64,000 nucleotides of DNA from an uncultured Prevotella sp. (GTDB lineage: Bacteria > Bacteroidota > Bacteroidia > Bacteroidales > Bacteroidaceae): the NCBI GenBank assembly GCA_937922435.1, contig CAKZVT010000031.1:237-64236 (forward strand), in the 5' to 3' direction. The translations under genes were made by a program, and so were the position numbers. This document shows, piece after piece, positions 50,586 to 59,636 of this stretch. The notes under the pieces were generated by a model. The model ran no database searches and was not told the DNA's origin. It saw nothing but the letters and a program-made list of their open reading frames with translations. Position 1 is the first letter of the stretch; every line of letters starts with the position of its first letter.

Positions 50586-51155
50586 ATGAACGTACAAGAC
50601 GACATAAAAAAAGCTGTAGAAGTGATGCGCCAAGGCGGCGTCATACTTTATCCCACCGATACGGTTTGGGGTATCGGATGTGATGCGACAAATGCAGAAG
50701 CCGTGGCAAAAGTGTATAAAATCAAGCATAGGGACGACTCCAAGGCTCTCATTTGCCTCGTAGATTCAGATGTAAGGTTGCAACGTTATGTGAGGAATGC
50801 ACCCGAAGTGGCGTGGCAGGTGATGGAATTGGCAACCAAACCAACAACCGTAATCTTCGACAATGCCGTGAACCTTGCGCCCAACCTTATTGCAGAAGAC
50901 GGCAGCATAGCCATGCGCATAACCCAAGAACCTTTTTCGAAGGAATTGTGTTACCGCTTCCAAAAGCCTGTGGTATCGACCAGCGCCAATATCAGCGGCG
51001 AGCCAGCCGCGGAAAACTACAAGGACATTTCCGAAGAATTGCTTGCTGCTGTAGACTATGTTTGCTTCAGCCGCAGGCAGGAAAAGAAGCCGCATACGCC
51101 GTCAAGCATTATCAGGATTAAAGCCGACGGCCAAGTTGAAATAATCCGGAAGTAA
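50586..51155 (+). CDS. tsaC: L-threonylcarbamoyladenylate synthase (YrdC/TsaC type)
   Basis: ORF 50511..51155, trimmed to ATG 50586. It contains GGVILYPTDTVWGIGCDATN and VSTSANISGEP. Confidence 0.85.
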   Translation: MNVQDDIKKAVEVMRQGGVILYPTDTVWGIGCDATNAEAVAKVYKIKHRDDSKALICLVDSDVRLQRYVRNAPEVAWQVMELATKPTTVIFDNAVNLAPNLIAEDGSIAMRITQEPFSKELCYRFQKPVVSTSANISGEPAAENYKDISEELLAAVDYVCFSRRQEKKPHTPSSIIRIKADGQVEIIRK

Positions 51156-51167
51156 TGTCGTAAGTTA

Positions 51168-51200
51168 ATGAAAAGCCTGAATGGCAGGCTTTTCATTTGT
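51168..51200 (+). terminator. intrinsic terminator after tsaC
   Basis: Perfect 12-bp stem atgaaaagcctg / caggcttttcat with a 5-nt loop, then ttgtt. Confidence 0.65.
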
Positions 51201-51201
51201 T

Positions 51202-53067
51202 ATGAATATTCCCTCAAACAAGAACTATAACAACGGAACGGACAAAGTGAGCCACGCAAGCTTGGAAAAAGACATGGTGCATGACGGGCAAACGTTCATG
51301 CAGCGCGTGATAAAGTTACGCGAACAATACGTCACCGACCGCCAGTTTACACTGGTATTGAGTTTCCTTGTCGGACTGTTTGCAGCCGTGGCGGCGTTTG
51401 CATTGCACTGGCTCATTGAAGAAATAGCCCATCTGCTTACGTCGCATTTCGACACAAACACGTTCAACTGGCTGTACCTTATCTATCCTGTAATAGGTAT
51501 TTACATTACATCGTTATTCGTGCGTTATGTCGTTAAAGATGAAATAAGCCACGGAATAACGCGCATTCTCTACGCCATAAGCAGCAAGCGCAGCCGCCTG
51601 AAGGGGCACAACTGCTGGAGCAGCGTCATCGCTTCGGCCATCACCATCGGCTTCGGCGGCAGCGTTGGGGCGGAGGCGCCAATCGTACTAACAGGCTCCG
51701 CCATCGGCAGTAACCTCGGCCAGCTGTTCAAGATGGACAACAAGACGCTCATGCTACTCGTGGGCTGTGGTGCGGCAGCGGCCATCGCTGGCATCTTCAA
51801 GGCGCCAATCGCAGGACTTGTGTTTACGCTTGAAGTGCTTATGATTGACCTTACTATGGCCTCTCTGCTGCCAATCCTCATCTCAAGCGTCACGGCGACA
51901 TGCTTCACTTATATCTTTACGGGCAGTGATTCTCTTTTCGTTTTTACCCTTGACAACCCTTGGCCCGTCGAGCGAATACCGGCCAACATCCTTTTAGGTG
52001 TGTTCGGCGGCTTTGTGAGCCTTTACTTCATACGCACTATGACGGCCTGCGAAGGTGTTTTTGCACGGCTCAAGAACAAGCCGATGGTAAAGCTCCTGCT
52101 GGGTGCGCTCGTACTTAGTCCGCTCATATTCTTGTTCCCGTCGCTTTACGGCGAGGGCTATGGCAGCATCAACATACTGCTTAGCGGCAAGACTGTGGCC
52201 GATTGGGACGCGCTGCTGCACAACTCGCCGTTCTACGGGCAAGGTGCAATGCTGCTTCCGTATGTCGGCTTGGTGCTGCTGACAAAGGTCTTCGCCACGT
52301 CGGCCACCAACGGTGGAGGCGGTTGTGGAGGAACTTTTGCGCCGTCACTGTTTATCGGCGCTTTCGCCGGTTTCTTCTTTGCAAGGGTGTGGAATATATA
52401 TGAAATAGGTGTTTACTTGCCCGAAAAGAACTTCGCCTTGCTTGGCATGGCCGCCGTAATGGCCGGTGTGATGCACGCGCCGCTTACAGGCATATTCCTC
52501 ATCGCCGAAATTACGGGCGGCTACCAGATGTTCATCCCCTTGATGATAGTGAGCATCTGCTCTTACCTTACCATTATAATATTCGAGCCTCACAGCATCT
52601 ACGGCATGCGACTGGCACGTCAGGGCAAGCTAATCACGCACCACACCGACCGCGCTGTGCTCACCCTGATGAGCCTCGACAGCGTAATCGACAAGAGCTA
52701 CACCGCCGTAAGTCCTGACAAAGACCTCGCTTCGCTCGTACACGCCATAAGCAAGAGCCACAAGAACATATTGCCCGTGCTTGATGACGCAGGCAACCTG
52801 CTTGGCGAAATAGACATAACCAAGCTGCGCCACATTGTCTTCCGCACCGAACTTTATCACCACTTCCACGTGCGCCAGCTGATGTCGCAGCCCGAGGCCG
52901 TGCTCTCCGTGAACGACACTATGGAGGAAGTGATGCGGCGGTTCGACGCTACCGACTCCTCAATGCTGCCAGTGCTCGACGGCGACGGCCACCTGTACGG
53001 CTACATATCGCGCACCCACATGTACGCCATGTACCGCAAGATGGTAGCCGACTTGTCGGAAGACTGA
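51202..53067 (+). CDS. ClC-family chloride channel/antiporter with C-terminal CBS pair
   Basis: Contains GGSVGAEAP, GIFKAPIAG, and a CBS-like C-terminus. The start is uncertain. The track ATG 51181 sits in the loop of the tsaC terminator hairpin. Candidate starts are ATG 51202, 51274 and 51298. Confidence 0.8.
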   Translation: MNIPSNKNYNNGTDKVSHASLEKDMVHDGQTFMQRVIKLREQYVTDRQFTLVLSFLVGLFAAVAAFALHWLIEEIAHLLTSHFDTNTFNWLYLIYPVIGIYITSLFVRYVVKDEISHGITRILYAISSKRSRLKGHNCWSSVIASAITIGFGGSVGAEAPIVLTGSAIGSNLGQLFKMDNKTLMLLVGCGAAAAIAGIFKAPIAGLVFTLEVLMIDLTMASLLPILISSVTATCFTYIFTGSDSLFVFTLDNPWPVERIPANILLGVFGGFVSLYFIRTMTACEGVFARLKNKPMVKLLLGALVLSPLIFLFPSLYGEGYGSINILLSGKTVADWDALLHNSPFYGQGAMLLPYVGLVLLTKVFATSATNGGGGCGGTFAPSLFIGAFAGFFFARVWNIYEIGVYLPEKNFALLGMAAVMAGVMHAPLTGIFLIAEITGGYQMFIPLMIVSICSYLTIIIFEPHSIYGMRLARQGKLITHHTDRAVLTLMSLDSVIDKSYTAVSPDKDLASLVHAISKSHKNILPVLDDAGNLLGEIDITKLRHIVFRTELYHHFHVRQLMSQPEAVLSVNDTMEEVMRRFDATDSSMLPVLDGDGHLYGYISRTHMYAMYRKMVADLSED

Positions 53068-53071
53068 TGGC

Positions 53072-53096
53072 AATTCATAATTGTGCATTATGAATT
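53072..53096 (+). terminator. short hairpin of attcata words after the ClC gene
   Basis: aattcataat-tgtgc-attatgaatt, 4 nt after the stop. It uses the same words as the 18669 hairpin. Confidence 0.6.
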
Positions 53097-53109
53097 ATTA
53101 ATTGAAAAA

Positions 53110-53418
53110 ATGTTTGACAAAGACGAATTCACACGCGAAGTTTATTCTGTTGTTGCCTCCATTCCGCGCGGCCGGGTGCTTACTTACGGCCAGGTTGCAT
53201 GGCTTATAGGCCATCCCAACCACTCGCGCCTTGTCGGCCGGGTGCTTCATGGTGCTGCAACAGGACTAAATTTGCCGTGCCACCGCGTGGTGAACAGCCA
53301 AGGGCGCACCGCTCCTTGCTGGCCCGAACAGGCCGCACTGCTCCGTGTGGAGGGAGTTGCATTCAAGGGCAACGGGTGTGTGGATTTGGTGAAGTGCCAG
53401 TTGGTTGTTAAGGGATAG
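53110..53418 (+). CDS. MGMT-family protein (methylated-DNA--protein-cysteine methyltransferase DNA-binding domain)
   Basis: The track ORF starts at GTG 53083 inside a hairpin; ATG is at 53110. It contains IPRGRVLTYGQVA...LPCHRVVNSQG (PCHR active-site motif). Confidence 0.8.
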   Translation: MFDKDEFTREVYSVVASIPRGRVLTYGQVAWLIGHPNHSRLVGRVLHGAATGLNLPCHRVVNSQGRTAPCWPEQAALLRVEGVAFKGNGCVDLVKCQLVVKG

Positions 53419-53452
53419 CAACATGGTAAATGCCCCGACAGGCATGTCGCTT

Positions 53453-53486
53453 TATCCTTAACCAGTGTGGGTTAAGGATATTTATT
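53453..53486. terminator. bidirectional terminator between convergent MGMT-family and esterase genes
   Basis: Perfect 11-bp stem tatccttaacc / ggttaaggata with a 6-nt loop, then tttatt. Confidence 0.65.
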
Positions 53487-53509
53487 GGCAAATCTGCGGA
53501 TGTATGATG

Positions 53510-54334
53510 TTAATAAATGGTTTTGTCGTAAACCACTTCAGGGTCGGGAGCACCTGAAATCATGTCCTTATAGGCTTTTGAAAGGTCTGCCTTGTCAATG
53601 TCTATCTCTTTGTTTACTGGCCGGTCTTTGTCGTTCAGGGAGTGGGAGAACAACCAGTCGTATGTCTTCGTCATGTATAATATCCGTGCAAGTGCGCCGT
53701 GTGAAGCCCCTTTGAGCCAGTCATAGCGCAGGCGTTTGTCGTTTCCGCTTTTCTGCAGTTGCTCCACAACAGTTTTCGATTGCTTTATCGGCACGGCGCG
53801 GTCGGCAGTGCCGTGCATTATCCATAGCGGCAGTCCGCCCAGTCCGCTGACATCCTTCAGCGTGCTTCCTCCGCAAAGAGCCATAGCCGCTGCTACCTTG
53901 TCGGGGTATGTCCCGGCGAAGTCGAGCGTGCCGTATCCGCCGAGGCTCATGCCTATTACGTAAACTCGTGTGGTGTCCATGGGGTAATGTTTCTTTGCCC
54001 ATTCAAGCACATCGTTGATTTTGTCAGGTTTCCATGAGCCGCCGGGGTTTTGCGGCACCAGCACGAGGGCTTCTATTTGGCGTCCCTTCACGATGGCGTC
54101 GAGCGGCCCATAGCGCTTTACCCTGTTAAGGTTGCGGCCACACAGGCTGCGTCCGTGCAGGAATATTATTACCGGCGTGCTGTCAAGCGAATAATAGTAG
54201 TCTTGCGGAGTATATACCCAAAAGTCGTATCCGCCGGGTATGGAGTCCTTTACCGGCCGCAGGAAGTCGTATTGGGCAAAAGCCGCATGTACGTACAGCA
54301 GCGACAGGCATAATATAATAAGGTGTTTTTTCAT
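53510..54334 (-). CDS. secreted alpha/beta hydrolase (carboxylesterase-like)
   Basis: 274 aa with a signal peptide, the nucleophile elbow GMSLGGYG, and a distal HGTAD. Confidence 0.75.
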   Translation of the reverse strand: MKKHLIILCLSLLYVHAAFAQYDFLRPVKDSIPGGYDFWVYTPQDYYYSLDSTPVIIFLHGRSLCGRNLNRVKRYGPLDAIVKGRQIEALVLVPQNPGGSWKPDKINDVLEWAKKHYPMDTTRVYVIGMSLGGYGTLDFAGTYPDKVAAAMALCGGSTLKDVSGLGGLPLWIMHGTADRAVPIKQSKTVVEQLQKSGNDKRLRYDWLKGASHGALARILYMTKTYDWLFSHSLNDKDRPVNKEIDIDKADLSKAYKDMISGAPDPEVVYDKTIY

Positions 54335-54351
54335 TGGTTCAGCGGTGAGGG

Positions 54352-55233
54352 TCAGATTCTTTCAAGCACGAGCCTGATTAAGTCGTCTATATGGCTTTTA
54401 TATCCAGTGTCGCTTTTCTTTGTCAGGCGGTTGGCTATGACCATGCAGCATGTGGTGGCCTTGTGTCCCATGAGGCGTGCCAGTCCGGCCAGCGCCGAGC
54501 TTTCCATCTCGAAGTTAGTGATTTTCAGTCCGTTGTATTCAAAACTTTCGATTTTCTCGTTCTGACGGGGGTCGGCCAACGGCACGCGCAGCTGGCGGCC
54601 CTGCGGCCCGAAGAATCCGCCGCACGCCACGGTGACGCCGCGCACCATGTCGTCGCCGGCGATGCGCTCTACAAGTTCCCGGTCGGCGTCGATTACGTAT
54701 GGAGCAGGGGCGCACATGTTGCCGCTCCATCCGAGATGGTTGAGCAGGGCGCGCTCCATGGGCAGGTCGCACACGGCGTTGCGGCCTTCATAGAAGTTAA
54801 GCAGGCCGTCGAACCCGACCGACTTGACCGAGCAGATGAACGTTCCCACGGGCGTATAAGCCTGTAGGCCGCCGCAGGTGCCGATTCGTACTATTTCGAG
54901 TTGGCGCAGTGCCGGCTTCTCTGTGCGCGTGTTGAAGTCGATGTTTGCCAGCGCGTCCATCTCGTTGAGCACTATGTCGATATTGTCGCAGCCTATTCCC
55001 GTAGACGTTACAGTTATGCGTTTGCCGTTGTATGTGCCGGTTACGGTGCGGAACTCGCGGCTTTCCACTTCGCATTCCTTCGTCTGGAAGTGCGACGCTA
55101 CGAGGCTTACGCGTCCCGGGTCGCCTACCAGTATTATTTTGTCGGCCAGTTGTTCGGGCTTTACGTGCAGGTGGAATACGCTGCCGTCAGAGTTGATGAT
55201 TAGCTCTGATTCGGCGAAATATCGTTTTTCCAT
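54352..55233 (-). CDS. nucleoside phosphorylase (PNP/UDP family, uridine phosphorylase-like)
   Basis: ORF 54352..55293, trimmed to ATG 55233 (MEKRYFAESE...). It contains ILVGDPGRV, STGIGCDN, RIGTCGG and FEMES. Confidence 0.8.
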   Translation of the reverse strand: MEKRYFAESELIINSDGSVFHLHVKPEQLADKIILVGDPGRVSLVASHFQTKECEVESREFRTVTGTYNGKRITVTSTGIGCDNIDIVLNEMDALANIDFNTRTEKPALRQLEIVRIGTCGGLQAYTPVGTFICSVKSVGFDGLLNFYEGRNAVCDLPMERALLNHLGWSGNMCAPAPYVIDADRELVERIAGDDMVRGVTVACGGFFGPQGRQLRVPLADPRQNEKIESFEYNGLKITNFEMESSALAGLARLMGHKATTCCMVIANRLTKKSDTGYKSHIDDLIRLVLERI

Positions 55234-55306
55234 AGCTTTGTTTTTATAGAAGTAATATGTATTAGCCGTGCGGTGGGGATGATGTTGTGTCATTGCCCCG
55301 CCTGTA

Positions 55307-56482
55307 TTATTGCCCTTGTCTTAGCTGCATGTTTTCCGCGTTGCGTATTTCCTTCTCCGCTTCGTGGATGTATGTTTGCAGCTGTTCGAGCTTCTTTTCC
55401 ATCGAGGTTATGTTGCCGGCAAGCCGCCTTTTTGCCGAAGCGTTGCCCGAAGAGTAGTTGCGGCGCTGTGTCTCGAGCTTTGCCGCCATGTCGTCGGCGG
55501 CCGCCTTCATCTGTTGTAGCTTGTCGAAGCGCGCACGGCTGGCAGGCGACTTGAAGTCGTCAGGACTTGTATATACGGTGTTGTCGTTGATTACGAACGC
55601 CATCTTATTGGCCTTCGTCTCAATCCCTCTTGTCTTTAGGCCGTTTATCCTGTTGCGCGCGGCCTGCAGCTTGGCCTTGTCCGTCCATGTGTCGCTTATG
55701 CTTGTTATGTCGGCAAGGGCTTTCAGCTTCTCTTCCCCGATGATGTCACCGTCGTAGGTGGTGCGCGTGTCGGCCGGCACGAAGGTGTATATGCACACCT
55801 TGCCCTTGGGCTGGCGGCGGTCGGTTACGAGCCATCCTATGTTGTCGAACTCGTCGATTACGCAGTAATAGTCGTTCGCCTTCGAGTTATACGGCAGTCC
55901 GATGTTCTCCGGGCGGTAGAATTTCGCCGAGTCGGTGTTGAAGCGTGTCACGTAGATGTCGTATCCGCCAAGCCCTTCCTTGCTTTTCGCCGAGAAGTAA
56001 AGCGTTGTGCCGTCGGCCATCATGTAGGGGTAGTTTATGTCCTCGAACTCGCTGCCGAACTCGTTGACGAGCCTCCCTACGCTCCATTGTCCGCCCAGCT
56101 TGTCGGTGGAGTACAGCTTGAAGCGGCCGTCGGCGTCGGCTTTCGAGTAGAACATCTTATTGCCGAACTCGTTGATGTACGCACCGCCTTCGGGCGTGCT
56201 TGCCGTCTTTGCCAGTGCGCCGGTGGTGCCTATGCGTCCCGACTCCTTGTTGAGCGGTATTTTGCTGATGAAGTCGGCCGAGTCAACCACTACGCTGTCG
56301 ATGAACATCACCTGCGCCGTTGAGAGCAGCATCGACTGGTACAGCTCTTCGGCCAGCTCCTCCTCTTCGGTCATTTCCACTTCGGCCTTCGCCTTCTTGG
56401 CGTTTTTCCTCGTTTGCGCCTGCGCCGTGATGTTGGCTGCAAGCAGCAGCACGGCCAGCGATATTATTTTCGTTTTAAGCAT
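55307..56482 (-). CDS. exported protein, TolB-like beta-propeller region plus C-terminal coiled coil (function unknown)
   Basis: ORF 55307..56566, trimmed to ATG 56482 (MLKTKIISLAVLLLAANITAQAQ). PD40-like segments include DGTTLYFSA. The domain call is tentative. Confidence 0.6.
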   Translation of the reverse strand: MLKTKIISLAVLLLAANITAQAQTRKNAKKAKAEVEMTEEEELAEELYQSMLLSTAQVMFIDSVVVDSADFISKIPLNKESGRIGTTGALAKTASTPEGGAYINEFGNKMFYSKADADGRFKLYSTDKLGGQWSVGRLVNEFGSEFEDINYPYMMADGTTLYFSAKSKEGLGGYDIYVTRFNTDSAKFYRPENIGLPYNSKANDYYCVIDEFDNIGWLVTDRRQPKGKVCIYTFVPADTRTTYDGDIIGEEKLKALADITSISDTWTDKAKLQAARNRINGLKTRGIETKANKMAFVINDNTVYTSPDDFKSPASRARFDKLQQMKAAADDMAAKLETQRRNYSSGNASAKRRLAGNITSMEKKLEQLQTYIHEAEKEIRNAENMQLRQGQ

Positions 56483-56810
56483 GTTGCGTGTTCGTGTCAT
56501 GTCTGTATGTAAGGTAAATCTTTGATAATCCACTTGTGCCGTCGCTTCCCGACGGCATGGTTTCAATATGCAAATATAGCGAATTTTGCATTAAAACAGG
56601 TGTGGCGGCCTGTGAATTTTGTAAAGGTTTAACCAAAAACAGCCGCTTTTGGCATCTTTGATGCTGCCCAGCGTCCGTTTGCCATGTAAGCGGCAAGGCC
56701 GTAATCGGTGTCAAAGTGTCAGGATGAAAATGTCTGTCTTTATTGCGTAACCAGTGAAGCAAGACGGCGGCAGGTGGTCGTTGCGATGGCTGTTTGCGGT
56801 TTTTCTCTTG

Positions 56811-56878
56811 CTTAAACACGGCCAATCATAACGTGAAACACGGTCAATCACAATGCGAAAGACCGTGTTTTGCAATGC
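56811..56878 (+). repeat. degenerate 22-bp tandem array (copy 6)
   Basis: Units: cttaaacacggccaatcataacg / tgaaacacggtcaatcacaatg / cgaaagaccgtgttttgcaatg. The period is the same but the palindrome is eroded. Confidence 0.6.
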
Positions 56879-57353
56879 CGTTTGCCGTCAAATTGTGGCG
56901 TTTTCACGGTGTAAATCTCCTGTTTTAGCCGCTTTTCATGCCTTTTCCCGTCGACTTCTGTTGCACACTTTCTCGGCTTTCGGCGTAACGTGCTGGGCTG
57001 TCGGTATTTGCGTTTGCACACGAAAAACAGCCGTATTTCCGCCGTCCGCTCGTTTGTTTCAGAATAACGCCCTTATGGAGCGTCAACGGAAATCAAAGTG
57101 TAAGCAAAAGTCCGTTTCACGTGGCATAACGGTTTTTAATGTTGAAAATGTAAAACCCTGAAGTTGTTGGTGTAATAACATGATTGACGAGGCTGTATCT
57201 AAAACAATGTGTACAAAGTGAAGGGCAGAAAAGGTCTGGCCGTCATGTGGCTGTTTAATGGTGGAATGGCTGGCGGCACGTTGTTAATTTACATCTTTAT
57301 GTCTTGTTAACTCTTTTGCATTGATAAAATTTGGCGGTTTGGATTATTTGATG

Positions 57354-57361
57354 TAATTTTG
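57354..57361 (+). promoter_or_regulatory. -7 promoter box for rplU-rpmA
   Basis: TAATTTTG, 84 nt upstream of the rplU ATG, which leaves a structured leader. Confidence 0.5.
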
Positions 57362-57444
57362 CAGCCGATTTAGTCCGCAAAGGCTTGAGCAAGTTATGGC
57401 AAATGCCATGCGCCTTACGGAAAAAACCGTTTAATATATTATTA

Positions 57445-57762
57445 ATGTACGCAATTGTAGAAATTAACGGTCAGCAGTTCAAGGCCGAGGCAGGCAAAAA
57501 GCTGTTCGTACACCACATGAAGAATGTGGAGGAAGGCCAGGCTGTTGAGTTCGACAAGGTACTGCTTGTCGACAAGGATGGTTCAGTACAGGTAGGCGCT
57601 CCGACAGTAGACGGTGCCAAAGTAGTGTGTGAGGTTGTGAATCCTCTTGTAAAGGGTGACAAGGTCATCGTGTTCAAGATGAAGCGCAGAAAGGACTACC
57701 GCAAGAAGAACGGTCATCGCGCTCAATTCACCGAAGTTAAAATCAAAGAAGTAATCGCTTAA
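57445..57762 (+). CDS. rplU: 50S ribosomal protein L21
   Basis: ORF 57385..57762, trimmed to ATG 57445 ([23 protein letters not shown]...). Confidence 0.95.
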   Translation: MYAIVEINGQQFKAEAGKKLFVHHMKNVEEGQAVEFDKVLLVDKDGSVQVGAPTVDGAKVVCEVVNPLVKGDKVIVFKMKRRKDYRKKNGHRAQFTEVKIKEVIA

Positions 57763-57781
57763 ACTTAGGAGGAACAAGGAA

Positions 57782-58045
57782 ATGGCACATAAAAAAGGTG
57801 TAGGTAGTTCGAAGAACGGACGTGAATCGGCTTCTCAAAGGTTAGGCGTTAAAATCTGGGGCGGCCAGAAGTGCATCGCAGGCAACATTATAGTTCGCCA
57901 GCGCGGTACGAAGCACAACCCCGGCAAGAACGTTGGTATTGGTAAGGACGATACGCTTTACGCGCTGGTTGACGGTGTGGTTAACTTCCACAAGGGTCGC
58001 CGCGACAAGAGCGTTGTGTCGGTAATACCTGAAACCGAAGCTTAA
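57782..58045 (+). CDS. rpmA: 50S ribosomal protein L27
   Basis: 87 aa: [29 protein letters not shown]... Confidence 0.97.
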   Translation: MAHKKGVGSSKNGRESASQRLGVKIWGGQKCIAGNIIVRQRGTKHNPGKNVGIGKDDTLYALVDGVVNFHKGRRDKSVVSVIPETEA

Positions 58046-58079
58046 ATAAAAGAGTTTATATTTATTCCAAACAAACAAC

Positions 58080-58125
58080 AAAAATCCCATTTCTCTTACG
58101 AGATTTGGGATTTTTGCCGTTTTTG
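58080..58125 (+). terminator. intrinsic terminator after rplU-rpmA
   Basis: 10-bp stem aaaaatccca / tgggattttt, followed by gccgtttttg. Confidence 0.65.
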
Positions 58126-58150
58126 TATGCCTGCTTAATGGAATATTTTG

Positions 58151-58158
58151 TAATTTTG
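58151..58158 (+). promoter_or_regulatory. -7 promoter box for serS
   Basis: TAATTTTG, 74 nt upstream of ATG 58232. Confidence 0.45.
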
Positions 58159-58231
58159 CAGGCAATGTAGCGCAGGCGTACAAGTGGTTTTGTATGGCTG
58201 TCCGTAATCTGTAGACTAAAAAAATAAATAT

Positions 58232-59521
58232 ATGCTTACACTTAAACTTATCAGTGAAGAGACTGAACGGGTAATCAAAGGATTGGAGAAAAAACACTTC
58301 GCAGGTGCGAAGGAGGCCGTTGACAACGTATTGGCACTTGACAAGACGAGGCGGCAGACGCAGCAGCAGCTTGACAAGAACTTGCAGGAAGGCAAGAAGC
58401 TGGCTGCGGAAATAGGCCGCTTGATGAAGGAAAAGAAGAACGACGAAGCCAATGCGGTGAAGGAAAGTGTATCCAAGTTGAAGGAAACAGCGAAAGAACT
58501 CGAGCATGAACTGGCTGAGACACAGCGGAAACTGACCGAACTGTTGTGTACCATCCCGAATATTCCTAATGACGATGTGCCCGAGGGCAAGGACGCGTCA
58601 GACAATGTAGTGGTAAAGGAAGGTGGCGTAATACCCGAACTTCCGGCTGACGCCCTGTGTCACTGGGATTTGTGCAAGAAGTTCAATCTGATAAATTTCG
58701 ACCTCGGTGTGAAAATCACCGGCGCAGGTTTCCCTGTGTATATAGGAAAGATGGCGCGTCTGCAAAGGGCGCTTGAGGCGTTTTTCCTCGACGAGGCCCG
58801 CAAGAGCGGATACCTTGAAATACAGCCGCCGTATGTGGTGAACGAGGCTTCGGGCTACGGTACGGGGCAGCTTCCTGACAAGGAAGGGCAGATGTATCAC
58901 TGCAATCTTGACAACCTCTACCTTATTCCTACGGCCGAAGTCCCTGTGACAAACATCTTCCGCGACGTGATACTTGACGAGAAGGATTTGCCTATTAAGT
59001 ATTGCGCTTATTCGGCATGCTTCCGCCGCGAGGCTGGTTCTTACGGCAAGGATGTGCGCGGACTGAACCGTCTGCACCAGTTTGACAAGGTCGAGATTGT
59101 GCGCATCGACAAGCCGGAGCATTCATACAAGTCGCTCGACGAGATGCTGGCGCACGTGGAAGGCTTGTGCCAGAAGCTGGAGTTGCCTTACCACATACTC
59201 CGTCTATGCGGTGGCGACATGAGCTTTACTTCTGCAATATGCTATGACTTCGAGGTTTACAGTGCCGCGCAGAAGAAGTGGCTTGAGGTTTCGTCGGTAA
59301 GCAATTTCGAGAGTTACCAGGCCAACCGCTTGAAGTGCCGTTACCGTAATCCCGAGACCAAGAAGCCCGAGCTTTGCCATACGCTCAACGGTTCGGCTCT
59401 CGCCCTGCCGCGCATAGTGGCCGCAATCATCGAAAACAACCAGACACCTGAAGGAATACGCGTGCCTAAGGCGCTTGTGCCTTATTGTGGTTTCGAGATG
59501 CTTGACGACAAGAATTTCTAA
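58232..59521 (+). CDS. serS: serine--tRNA ligase
   Basis: 429 aa with an N-terminal coiled-coil arm and class II motifs (FRREAGSYGKDVRGLNRLHQFDKVE, GSALALPR). Confidence 0.95.
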   Translation: MLTLKLISEETERVIKGLEKKHFAGAKEAVDNVLALDKTRRQTQQQLDKNLQEGKKLAAEIGRLMKEKKNDEANAVKESVSKLKETAKELEHELAETQRKLTELLCTIPNIPNDDVPEGKDASDNVVVKEGGVIPELPADALCHWDLCKKFNLINFDLGVKITGAGFPVYIGKMARLQRALEAFFLDEARKSGYLEIQPPYVVNEASGYGTGQLPDKEGQMYHCNLDNLYLIPTAEVPVTNIFRDVILDEKDLPIKYCAYSACFRREAGSYGKDVRGLNRLHQFDKVEIVRIDKPEHSYKSLDEMLAHVEGLCQKLELPYHILRLCGGDMSFTSAICYDFEVYSAAQKKWLEVSSVSNFESYQANRLKCRYRNPETKKPELCHTLNGSALALPRIVAAIIENNQTPEGIRVPKALVPYCGFEMLDDKNF

Positions 59522-59527
59522 ATATTT

Positions 59528-59614
59528 AAGCAGACGAGTAAACAAGTGACGAGTTGACAAGGCGATATGTGTTGCCGCGTTGAATTTGCTAATCACTTGT
59601 TTGCTTGTCTGCTT
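59528..59614 (+). repeat. word-repeat hairpin (caagtaaac/caagcaaac words) between serS and the Nfn-like gene
   Basis: Arms aagcagacgagtaaacaagtga / tcacttgtttgcttgtctgctt. The 22-bp stem's two non-Watson-Crick positions are G-U compatible on the plus-strand RNA. The loop is 43 nt. Confidence 0.75.
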
Positions 59615-59636
59615 GTTACTTGTAGACTTAGATATT

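Noticed and set aside
56853-57161. 102-codon ORF in the long region upstream of rplU
   Set aside because: It runs across conserved non-coding blocks 4-5 of the paralogous module. The other copy (5281-5650) has no equivalent open frame, and the Cys/Arg/Phe-rich translation looks non-genic.
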